Program-made: the position numbers and the translations under genes | Shown here: positions 30,176 to 38,370 of the stretch, in pieces | Numbering within the stretch: position 1 is the first letter of the stretch | How the letters are laid out: each line of letters starts with the position of its first letter | DNA from: an uncultured Acidimicrobiales bacterium | Lineage (GTDB): Bacteria; Actinomycetota; Acidimicrobiia; Acidimicrobiales; SHLQ01 | Length of the DNA stretch: 64,000 nucleotides | NCBI GenBank assembly: GCA_938002955.1 | Contig: CALLAA010000048.1 | Span: 17,841-81,840, forward strand | Direction of reading: 5' to 3' | The notes under the pieces: model-generated | Databases searched by the model: none | What the model was told of the DNA's origin: nothing | The model's input: the letters and a program-made list of their open reading frames with translations, nothing else

Positions 30176-30217
30176 GGGGCCTGTCCCCATTGCCAACGTT
30201 CATGGGGCCTGTCCCCA
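30176..30217. repeat. direct repeat of a 14-nt hairpin-forming motif (GGGGCCTGTCCCCA x2, 28-bp spacing)
   Basis: Copies at 30176..30189 and 30204..30217 in the iolB-aldolase intergenic region. Confidence 0.6.
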
Positions 30218-30257
30218 ACAAAGAATCCGCTTCGAATACCCCCAAGGAATACGAAAT

Positions 30258-31145
30258 ATGAAGGCCATGACCCCCGGAAAGATGCGCGGCATCGACACCC
30301 TCTGCACCGATGAGGGTGTGATTGCGGTGCTCGCCATCGACCATCGAGATTCGCTCCGAGCGGTGTTGCCCGGCGAGGCGACCAACGACGAGCTGATCGA
30401 GTTCAAGATGGAACTGATCCGCGGCGTTGGACCCCAGGCCAGCGGCGTCATGCTCGAGCCCGAGTTCAGTCTGCCGTACGCCCTCGAGCGCGGTGTTCTT
30501 GCCGGAAGCCAAGGGTTTATGGCCGCACTCGAAGCGCAGGGATACATGCAGGACCCGTGGGCCGGGCCAACCCAGATGATGCCGGGCTGGTCTGCGCTCG
30601 ATGCCAAGAAGCTCGGCGCAGGTGCGGCGAAGCTCTTGTTGCCGTACGCCCCGGAGCGTCTCGACCACGCCGAACAGCAGCGTAAGGTCGTTGCCGACTC
30701 CGCTGCGGTCTGTGCCGATCTCGACATGGCCTTGTTGGTCGAGCCCGTTGCCTTCGGGATGAAGGATCATCAGCGGGCAGCGACGGTTCTCGAAACCGTC
30801 CAACAGCTCGCACCGCTGCCGATCGATGTGCTCAAGCTCGAGTTTCCCGGTGACCCGACAAACCCAGCTGGCTGGGCCGACGCATGTGCAGCCGTAAACG
30901 CCGCGTGTGAACAGCCGTGGGTGTTGTTGTCGTCGGGAGTGACCTTTGCCGAGTACAAGGCACAGCTCGAGGTTGCCTTCGACAATGGTTGTTCGGGGTT
31001 CACCGGTGGCCGCGCTATCTGGCGTCCGGCATCGGACGCCAGCCCGATGATGCGCAGTGAGGTGATCAGCGGGATGGTCAGCGATCAGTTCGCAGAGCTT
31101 CGTGCGCTCGCGGTCGCTAAGGCCAAGCCGTGGCGCGAGGTCTAG
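30258..31145 (+). CDS. class I aldolase of the tagatose-1,6-bisphosphate aldolase (LacD) family; probable DKGP aldolase of the iol pathway
   Basis: GVIAVLAIDHRDSL (cf. LacD ALAFDQRGAL), DVLKLEFP (Schiff-base Lys region), LSSGV and GGRAIW. Confidence 0.75.
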   Translation: MKAMTPGKMRGIDTLCTDEGVIAVLAIDHRDSLRAVLPGEATNDELIEFKMELIRGVGPQASGVMLEPEFSLPYALERGVLAGSQGFMAALEAQGYMQDPWAGPTQMMPGWSALDAKKLGAGAAKLLLPYAPERLDHAEQQRKVVADSAAVCADLDMALLVEPVAFGMKDHQRAATVLETVQQLAPLPIDVLKLEFPGDPTNPAGWADACAAVNAACEQPWVLLSSGVTFAEYKAQLEVAFDNGCSGFTGGRAIWRPASDASPMMRSEVISGMVSDQFAELRALAVAKAKPWREV

Positions 31146-31155
31146 TCGAGACGCT

Positions 31156-32070
31156 CTAGCCGAGTGCGGCGATGATCTGGCCGAGGCCATCGATTGAGGC
31201 GCTTGTCGATTCGGCGACAACCTGCATGTTGAGTGTCGAGCAGCCGGCTTCGATGTATGGCTGGAGGGTCTCAGCCACCATGTCGGGCGTGCCATAGGGA
31301 ACGTACTTCTCGAAGGATTCGAACGGGATCTTGTAGAAGTCTTCCATGGCCGACGCAACGAACGCTCGAGCCTCTTCGGGTGTGTCGCCGACGCCGATCC
31401 ACGGTTGGTATCCGTGCTGCCAGCCGACATCGGCACGGTCGTGTTGCTCGGCAACCTCATCGACGATGCCGACCGCTTCGGCGAACCGACGTGGGGAACA
31501 CCAGGCGCCGAGCCACCCATCGCCAAACTTTGCCGTTCGATGCAGTGCCGCATCCGACCTGCCGCCAATAATCAGCGGAACGGCCGGATTGACCGCGGGA
31601 CGGATCTGCGCGGCGTCCAACTGGAAAAACTCACCGTCGAAGTCGAGGGGCTCGCCGGTCATCAACGCACGGATGATTTGCAAGCATTCGTCGGTACGCC
31701 GCCCGCGGGTGCGTGGGTCCACACCACAGATCTCGATCTCGTGGCGATCTTCCCCGCCGATGCCGACCCCGAGCGTCATGCGGCCCGGAGCGACGGTCGA
31801 CATCGTGGCCAACTGGCGAGCGACGGGAAGCGGATGCCGAAGTGCCAGGAGGTAAACGCCGATCATCACATCGATCGATGGGTGCAGCTGCGCGAGCGAT
31901 GCGACTTCGATGAACCCATCTGTCCCGCTGCCATCGCGAAATGACACGTGGTCAGCAATGAAGACCTGATCGACGCCGACCTCGGTCAGACGAGCGAGCA
32001 GCTGCTGTTTCTCTTCGAATGAGTACGACCAGAACCCTGCGGGTGTCGCCGCGCCGATCTTCAGCGTCAC
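31156..32070 (-). CDS. LLM-class (luciferase-like) flavin/F420-dependent oxidoreductase
   Basis: VDQVFIADHV..., MTLGVGIGG, GRRTDECLQIIRAL. Start set to GTG 32070, which forms a GTGA overlap with the upstream stop; the track start is 32091. Confidence 0.75.
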   Translation of the reverse strand: MTLKIGAATPAGFWSYSFEEKQQLLARLTEVGVDQVFIADHVSFRDGSGTDGFIEVASLAQLHPSIDVMIGVYLLALRHPLPVARQLATMSTVAPGRMTLGVGIGGEDRHEIEICGVDPRTRGRRTDECLQIIRALMTGEPLDFDGEFFQLDAAQIRPAVNPAVPLIIGGRSDAALHRTAKFGDGWLGAWCSPRRFAEAVGIVDEVAEQHDRADVGWQHGYQPWIGVGDTPEEARAFVASAMEDFYKIPFESFEKYVPYGTPDMVAETLQPYIEAGCSTLNMQVVAESTSASIDGLGQIIAALG

Positions 32071-33533
32071 AGATCCTCCAGCGGTGCCCACGTGCTGTGG
32101 GTGCCACTAGAGATTCGTTCAGGGAGGCGGATGCGCGCAACCGGCTCGTCGCTCGGGCGTGTCGCATCGAGAATCACGCACTCGCTGACATTGTTCACCG
32201 CGTCGGTGGTGAAGGTGATCAGATAGCCATCGTCTTCGGCCGCCGACCCGGCACGTGGTGCCATTACCGTCTCACTCACATAGACGTGGTCGCCGAACTC
32301 GACGACCTCTTCGGTGCCCGCCTCCACGTCGTGCTTGATCACGGCATCGAACGCGAACAGATCGTGCGCGGCACGGGCCTCGTAGGCATAGCGATATGGG
32401 CGACCGCCGTACCGGCCGTTGATCATCGGGAACTCGGCACACCGCTCCGACAGCGACTCCTCTGTGGTTTGGCCCGTGACCAGGTTGAAGCGCCAACGAT
32501 GAGCGCGGGCTTCGAGACGGTTCATATCGAGGGTTTCGAACCCCTTGTGGACCCCTTCGCCACGGGCGGTTCCACGAGCGGTCGGGTTGTGTTGGAAGAA
32601 GCCGTCGAGCACAACCTCGTCGCCATCTTCGTACGCGTTTATCCAGTGAAGGACAAAGGTCGGTTCGGCCTCGAACCAGCGAATGTCATCGGTGGATCCG
32701 TGGCGAGGAATGAGTGCGAATCGACTGGGCATGTCGCGATGAAAGCGGTTGCTGTAGTAGCCGTCGGCGAGTGCTTGTGGGTCCCAGAACAACGGAAGAT
32801 CGTTGAGGATCGTCCAGTTCTCGGTAAAGGCCATGTCGTGAGGTAGGCGGGGACCCGGCAGTGGAATGTCGACGTAGTTGGTGAGCTCGCCCGCGTTGTT
32901 GACGACGCCGTAGTGCATGTGGGGAGCGTCGACGCCATAGTTGAAGAAGAGCAAGTCGCCGGTGTGTTCGTCGAGCTTTGGATGGGCCGACACACCTTCG
33001 GCGGGGAAGAAGCCGTCCCAGGTGGTCTTGCCGAGGTTTTCGAGGGTGCGTGGGTCGAGGGCGTAGAGCTCGCCGCATTGGTAGAAGCTGGCGAGTGCTT
33101 GGCCTCGATGCACAATGACGTCGGTGCTCGCGTTGTCCTTCATGAGCGACCGAGCTCCGGAGCCGGTGGTAGCGATTGCGTTGGACGGATGTTCGGTGAT
33201 GCCTGCCCACAGGCTTTGCTTTGCCTCTTGTTCGGCGAGGAAGCCATCGGTGTGCACGAAGCGGTTCGAGTAGCGGGCTTCTCCTGCCTCGAAACTCATC
33301 GAGTGCAGCATGCCGTCGCCGTCGAAGGGGTGATACCGCTTGATGGGCTCGAAGAGGGCAACCTCGGTGTTTCGGATGTACGCGCCGTTGAGGTCGTCTG
33401 GAATCTCGCCGATCACGTCGAGGTCCCACGCGTCGAATTCGTTTGTCTGCGACTGCCAGATGCCGGTCCGGTACGGATGGTCGTCGTCGGGAGGGAGAGC
33501 CGAATCGACGGTGTTGCGATGTTCGATACGCAT
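32067..33533 (-). CDS. carotenoid/stilbene cleavage oxygenase (CCO/RPE65 family)
   Basis: HPFDGDGMLH, multiple conserved His and the length are typical. Start moved to MRIEHRN (33533); the upstream 105 codons of the track ORF overlap the divergent promoter. Confidence 0.85.
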   Translation of the reverse strand: MRIEHRNTVDSALPPDDDHPYRTGIWQSQTNEFDAWDLDVIGEIPDDLNGAYIRNTEVALFEPIKRYHPFDGDGMLHSMSFEAGEARYSNRFVHTDGFLAEQEAKQSLWAGITEHPSNAIATTGSGARSLMKDNASTDVIVHRGQALASFYQCGELYALDPRTLENLGKTTWDGFFPAEGVSAHPKLDEHTGDLLFFNYGVDAPHMHYGVVNNAGELTNYVDIPLPGPRLPHDMAFTENWTILNDLPLFWDPQALADGYYSNRFHRDMPSRFALIPRHGSTDDIRWFEAEPTFVLHWINAYEDGDEVVLDGFFQHNPTARGTARGEGVHKGFETLDMNRLEARAHRWRFNLVTGQTTEESLSERCAEFPMINGRYGGRPYRYAYEARAAHDLFAFDAVIKHDVEAGTEEVVEFGDHVYVSETVMAPRAGSAAEDDGYLITFTTDAVNNVSECVILDATRPSDEPVARIRLPERISSGTHSTWAPLEDL

Positions 33534-33583
33534 GAAGGGCTTTCCCTGTCGAAGTTGTTTTACTAGTATCACTCTACAATCTT

Positions 33584-33610
33584 GTTCACGCAACCAGATT
33601 CGTGGTGAAC
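33584..33610. promoter_or_regulatory. imperfect inverted repeat, candidate TetR operator
   Basis: GTTCACG-N10-CGTGGTGAAC in the 105-bp divergent region between the CCO and TetR genes. Confidence 0.25.
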
Positions 33611-33638
33611 TGTCCGTACCGAACATGAGAGGGACCTG

Positions 33639-34265
33639 TTGAGTAACTCCGACGAGCCAATGAAGCTCTTCCGCGACGCCGACCACCTCGGTGAAGCGCG
33701 GACCAGCACGGCTCGAACTGCGCGGAGTCGCCGCACCCGAGCCGCCCTCGTCGCCGCGGTGCGAGACGAGCTTCGCTCCACCGGAGCATTCACCGCCGAA
33801 ACAGTGGCGGATCGAGCCGATTGCTCGCCGGCGACCTTCTATGGACACTTCGCAACAAAAGACGATGCGCTCACGGCCGCCTTTGAGTTCGTTCTGATCG
33901 AGATGTTCGAGATGCTTCGCGACACAATCACCGAAGATCGGATCGACGCAGGGGACCTCGACGCAACCGTTCGCGACTTTGTCGAGCGTCAGGCCGACAT
34001 CTTCCGGACCGAGAGCCTGGTCTTTCGGACCGCGCTATCTCGCCTGCCAGCACACAAGGCATTGCGTCACCTGTATCGAGAAGCCGAGCGCGTCTCGCTC
34101 GAACACCTGGCATTCGTCCTCGGAGACAAAGCACTCGCCGAGCGCGTCCTGGTCGTATCGCAGGGTCTCAACAACCCGAGGGCGCTACGGACAGACGCCC
34201 AACACGTACGAAACGAATTCGCTCGTTCGCTTACCGACATGATTCACCGAGGACTATCGACATGA
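33639..34265 (+). CDS. TetR/AcrR-family transcriptional regulator
   Basis: RRTRAALVAAVRDELRSTGAFTAETVADRADCSPATFYGHF HTH signature. TTG start (alternative ATG at 33660). Confidence 0.85.
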   Translation: MSNSDEPMKLFRDADHLGEARTSTARTARSRRTRAALVAAVRDELRSTGAFTAETVADRADCSPATFYGHFATKDDALTAAFEFVLIEMFEMLRDTITEDRIDAGDLDATVRDFVERQADIFRTESLVFRTALSRLPAHKALRHLYREAERVSLEHLAFVLGDKALAERVLVVSQGLNNPRALRTDAQHVRNEFARSLTDMIHRGLST

Positions 34266-35845
34266 CTACCTTCAACGCCCTGTTGGCCGCGGCGGTTGCG
34301 TCCAAGCCCGATGCTCTTGCGGTCGCAGACGCACCGAACCGAGGTGACTTCTTCTCCGGGGAGCCGCGCCGCCTGACGTGGAGCGACGTGGCGGCCTCGG
34401 TTGAGTCGGCGTCGGCTGCGTTGGCCACGGCTGGCGTCACCGCCGGAGATGCGGTCGCGATTCAGCTGCCGAATACTGTCGAGCTTCCGGTTGCCATCCT
34501 GGCGTGTGCACGTCTCGGCGCCGTCGCCACGCCATTCCCTGTTCAGCACCGTGAACACGAGTTGCGCCAGGGCCTCGAGGCGTCCGGTGCCAGGCACCTC
34601 GTCACCGCGGCCCGTCCCGACCGCCCCGATCTGCTGGCCGCATCACAAGGGGTCCTCGACGATTTCGGTGCGGCGATGCTCACCTTTGGCGACGAACACC
34701 CGGACGGTTCGGTCGCCATATCGCTCGATGACGTGGCAGACGCACCGCAGGCCCATGAGGCGGGACAGGACGACATCGTCACGATCTGCTGGACGTCGGG
34801 CACGACCGGCGTGCCGAAAGGTGTGCCACGCAGTCACGCAAACTGGATGGCGACGTCGGGATCGCAGGTGAGTGCACTCGACCTCAATTCCGAAGACAAG
34901 ATCCTGTGTCCGTTCCCGTTGGTGAACATGGCCGGTATCGGCGGCATGCTCGTGCCGTGGCTTGATACAGCGAGCACGCTCGTGTTGCACAACCCGATCG
35001 ATCTCATGGTGTTCCTCGGTCAGATCGGCAGCGAGCAGATCACGTACACGGTCGCACCACCACCGCTGCTCAACATGTTGCTTCGCAACGAGGCCATGCT
35101 CGAGAGCATCGACATGTCGCACCTGCGCAAGATTACGTCCGGCTCGGCGCCACTCGATCCGTGGATGGTCGCGGGCTGGCAAGACCGTGGCATGGAGATT
35201 GTCAACGCCTTTGGTTCGAACGAAGGTGCAGCGATGATCTCGACGTTGGCGACGGTCCCCGACCCAGCTCAGCGCGCCCGATACTTCCCGCGCCCAACGT
35301 GGCCTGGAGTCGAAGCCCGAATCGTCGATCTCGATACGGGCGTCGAGATATCTGAACCGAACAGCGACGGCGAGCTGCGGTTCCGTGGCCCAACCGTGTT
35401 CGGTGGTTACCTCGGTAGTGATGGGGCGGAATTCGACAGTGACGGGTGGTACCGGACTGGCGACATCTTCAGAATCGTCGAAGAGGACCCCAACCTGCTG
35501 CAGTTCGTCGACCGAGCGAAAGACATCGTCATTCGCGGCGGGATGAACGTGTCGGCCGCGGAAGTGGAGGCGCTCGTGTCGTCTCATGAGAGCGTTGCGG
35601 AGTGCAGCGTCGTTGCCTACCCAGACCCCGACCTCGGAGAACGTGTTGGGGTTTTCGTGGTGGCAGCCACCGAAGCCGAACCGACGCTCGACGGGATCGT
35701 CGACCATCTCCGGAGCCAGAACATCGCAAGCTACAAACTGCCCGAACGCCTCGAGCTCATCGACGTTCTTCCACGCAATCCGGTGGGGAAGATCGTCAAG
35801 GGTGACCTTCGAGAGAAATGGGCAACGGAAGGAGCGGAAGCATGA
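34262..35845 (+). CDS. acyl-CoA synthetase / AMP-dependent ligase
   Basis: AMP-binding motif ICWTSGTTGVPKGV, YRTGD, and GKIVK near the C-terminus. Confidence 0.85.
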   Translation: MTTFNALLAAAVASKPDALAVADAPNRGDFFSGEPRRLTWSDVAASVESASAALATAGVTAGDAVAIQLPNTVELPVAILACARLGAVATPFPVQHREHELRQGLEASGARHLVTAARPDRPDLLAASQGVLDDFGAAMLTFGDEHPDGSVAISLDDVADAPQAHEAGQDDIVTICWTSGTTGVPKGVPRSHANWMATSGSQVSALDLNSEDKILCPFPLVNMAGIGGMLVPWLDTASTLVLHNPIDLMVFLGQIGSEQITYTVAPPPLLNMLLRNEAMLESIDMSHLRKITSGSAPLDPWMVAGWQDRGMEIVNAFGSNEGAAMISTLATVPDPAQRARYFPRPTWPGVEARIVDLDTGVEISEPNSDGELRFRGPTVFGGYLGSDGAEFDSDGWYRTGDIFRIVEEDPNLLQFVDRAKDIVIRGGMNVSAAEVEALVSSHESVAECSVVAYPDPDLGERVGVFVVAATEAEPTLDGIVDHLRSQNIASYKLPERLELIDVLPRNPVGKIVKGDLREKWATEGAEA

Positions 35846-37059
35846 TGACTCAGAAGGTAAGCATCCTGGGGGGACATCAGAGCGACTTTGCCGACAACCT
35901 CGCAAAGTCTGGAGGCTCGGTCGAGACGCTGGTGGAAGACACCATTCGCAAGACCGCCGTAGACGCGCAGATCGAATTGAGCGACATCGACACCATTCAT
36001 GTCGGCAACGCCTTCGGGCAGCTCTACACCGGTCAGGGCCACATGGGCGCCATGCCCGCGACCGTTGTGCCGGAGCTATGGGGCGTTCCCGCCATGCGCC
36101 ACGAGGCGGCGTGTGCGTCCGCGTCCATGGCGACACTGGCCGCCATGGCCGAGATCGAGAGCGGTCGCTACGACTGTGTGTTGGTCTTGGGCGCTGAGCA
36201 GGAAAAGACCATGCCCGGGCCACAGGCCGCAGCGGTGCAAGAGGCCGCAGCATGGGTTGGGCCTGACACCGAAGGTGCCACCTACATCTGGCCCGAGACC
36301 TTCGATCAGCTCGCCGACGAGTACGACCGGCGTTACGGCATCGACGACATTCATCTCCGCGCCATTGGCGAACTCAACCTGCGAAACGCAAAAGCGAATC
36401 CGAACGCACAGACGCGAGGCTGGGAACTCTCGGCCGATACGTGTAGCGACAACGACGATGTGAACCCGGTCGTGGCTGGACGCTTGCGCCGCAACGACAT
36501 CACCCAGATTACCGATGGTGCCGTGGGCCTGCTTCTGGTTTCGGACCGTTGGCTCGCCGAACATGGCCGAACACCACGTTCTCGAATCGCTGGTTGGGGA
36601 CATTCAACCGTTGGCCTTGGCTTGCGCCAAAAGCTCGATCGCAACAGCGACTCGACGTTCGTCATGCCACATGTACGCCAAGCGATCACGGACGCTTTCG
36701 GTCGGGCGAGCATCGCCGATGTTGGGGATCTCGACGCCATCGAGACGCACGATTGCATGACGCCGTCGGAGTATCTGGCGATCGATCACTTCGGCATCAC
36801 CGAACCGGGGGAGAGCTGGAAGGCGGTCGAAGACGGTTCGCTCGAACGTGACGGGCGTATCCCGATGAATCCGAGCGGGGGCTTGATCGGTGGCGGCCAT
36901 CCGGTCGGCGCGACGGGCGCTCGAATGTTGCTCGATGCCACCAAACAGGTATCGGCAAGCGCTGGTGACTACCAGGTCGATGACGCCAAGCGAGTCGCCA
37001 CGCTGAACATTGGCGGCAGCACGGCGACCACGGCGTGCTTCGTGGTCGAAGGCGTCTAA
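35842..37059 (+). CDS. SCP2-type thiolase
   Basis: Nucleophile region EAACASAS, HDCM (SCP2-thiolase HDCF-type motif) and GGGHPVGATG. ATGA overlap with the ligase gene. Confidence 0.8.
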   Translation: MMTQKVSILGGHQSDFADNLAKSGGSVETLVEDTIRKTAVDAQIELSDIDTIHVGNAFGQLYTGQGHMGAMPATVVPELWGVPAMRHEAACASASMATLAAMAEIESGRYDCVLVLGAEQEKTMPGPQAAAVQEAAAWVGPDTEGATYIWPETFDQLADEYDRRYGIDDIHLRAIGELNLRNAKANPNAQTRGWELSADTCSDNDDVNPVVAGRLRRNDITQITDGAVGLLLVSDRWLAEHGRTPRSRIAGWGHSTVGLGLRQKLDRNSDSTFVMPHVRQAITDAFGRASIADVGDLDAIETHDCMTPSEYLAIDHFGITEPGESWKAVEDGSLERDGRIPMNPSGGLIGGGHPVGATGARMLLDATKQVSASAGDYQVDDAKRVATLNIGGSTATTACFVVEGV

Positions 37060-37062
37060 CCC

Positions 37063-38280
37063 GTGGCGGGTGTTGCGGACGTCTTTGTGTTCGATGCCCT
37101 TCGGGCGCCGCGGACCAAGGGGCGTCCCGGCGGTGGACTCTCCTCGCTATTGCCACATCAGGTCGTGGCGCAGCTCATCGATGCCATGCGTGCTCGTACG
37201 AGTGCCGATGCCGTCGACGCAATCGATAGCTTCGTTTTGAGTTGCGTCGGACAGGTTGGGGCGCAGGGCGGCCACCTTGCGCTCGTGAGCAAGCTCGAAG
37301 CCGCGCTGCCCGAAACCGTTTCGGCCCAGACGATCAACAACTATTGCGTTGGCGGGCTCACCGCGGTGGGCAACGCGTTTGCGGCTGTGCGGTCTGGTCA
37401 GCAACAGCTTGTTCTCGCCGGCGGCGTCGAGATGATGTCGCACGTTCGCTTCCTCGGTGACGAAGCAGCGCTGTACACCGATGAAACCGTGTCGTCAGCG
37501 CTGCGTTGGGCCCCGGTCGGCGTGGCCGCTGATCATCTCGCTGTTCGCCATGGTGTCGAACGTGCCGAGCTCGACTCGATCGCGATGGAGTCTCATCGAC
37601 GGGCTGCAGCCGCGTGGGATGCAGGTCGCTACGAAGACCAGGTGGTGTCGGTCAATGGCGCCGATGGAACCGTGGTCGATAGCGACGAGACCATCAAGCG
37701 GGATTTCACAGCGGAGGGTCTTGCCGCCCTCGATCCCGTCTTTGCCCAGATGGGTGAAGCGCAGTTCGATTCGGTGCTTGCTGGCGATGTTGTTGGTGAT
37801 GGCGTTGCCGTCGATCACCGCCATACCATCGCCCACTGCCCGCCGATCTCCGATGGCGCCGCTCTGCTTCTCATCGGTACGGCCGAGGCGGGCCGCGAAT
37901 TCGGACTCGAGCCGTTGGTGCGGATCGACGCCGTCGCCGAAGCCGGCGGAAACGCCATCGAACAGCTGACCGCTGGCGAAACCGCAATGCAGCGTGCGTT
38001 GCAACTCGCCGATGCCGACCTGTCGGGCATGGACCTCATCGAATACATGGAGGCGTTCGCGGTGGTGCCAGCGCTCTTCGCTCGCGCCCACAATGTCGAC
38101 CCCGAGCTCGTCAATCCGAATGGGGGGCACCTTGCGATGGGGCATCCAATGGGTGCTACGGGAGCGATTTTGGCCACGGCGGTCGCCCACGAACTCCGGC
38201 GTAGTGGTGGCCAACGAGGCATCGCCGTTGCGCACGGTGGCTCCGGCGTCGGCGCCGCAGCCGTCTTCTCCGCCGCGTAA
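37063..38280 (+). CDS. thiolase-family protein (acetyl-CoA C-acyltransferase-like, atypical C-terminal motif)
   Basis: NNYCVGGL (nucleophile Cys), GGHLAMGHPMGATG. The expected CxGGGxG motif reads AHGGSGVG. Confidence 0.75.
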   Translation: MAGVADVFVFDALRAPRTKGRPGGGLSSLLPHQVVAQLIDAMRARTSADAVDAIDSFVLSCVGQVGAQGGHLALVSKLEAALPETVSAQTINNYCVGGLTAVGNAFAAVRSGQQQLVLAGGVEMMSHVRFLGDEAALYTDETVSSALRWAPVGVAADHLAVRHGVERAELDSIAMESHRRAAAAWDAGRYEDQVVSVNGADGTVVDSDETIKRDFTAEGLAALDPVFAQMGEAQFDSVLAGDVVGDGVAVDHRHTIAHCPPISDGAALLLIGTAEAGREFGLEPLVRIDAVAEAGGNAIEQLTAGETAMQRALQLADADLSGMDLIEYMEAFAVVPALFARAHNVDPELVNPNGGHLAMGHPMGATGAILATAVAHELRRSGGQRGIAVAHGGSGVGAAAVFSAA

Positions 38281-38370
38281 CCCCGGCGCTCGGGGTGCGG
38301 GTCGGGTTGGCCGAGCGATAGCCGGACGTAGCGACGAACGTGAGTCGAAACCGTTGGCTACCATCTGGAC

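Noticed and set aside
33534-33848. 105-codon N-terminal extension of the CCO ORF (and the analogous 99-codon extension of the GGDEF ORF, 53250..53546)
   Set aside because: The extensions run through divergent promoter regions and into neighbouring genes. Family similarity begins at the internal Met.
34643-36253. 536-aa antisense ORF, and similar long shadow ORFs (37495..39327, 30090..31568, 57032..58522, 20891..22057, 27284..28405, 22003..22917, 23032..23937)
   Set aside because: Each lies opposite a gene with clear family motifs. Their translations are low-complexity R/P/G/A-rich with no motifs. This is the expected artefact of high GC, where stop codons are rare.
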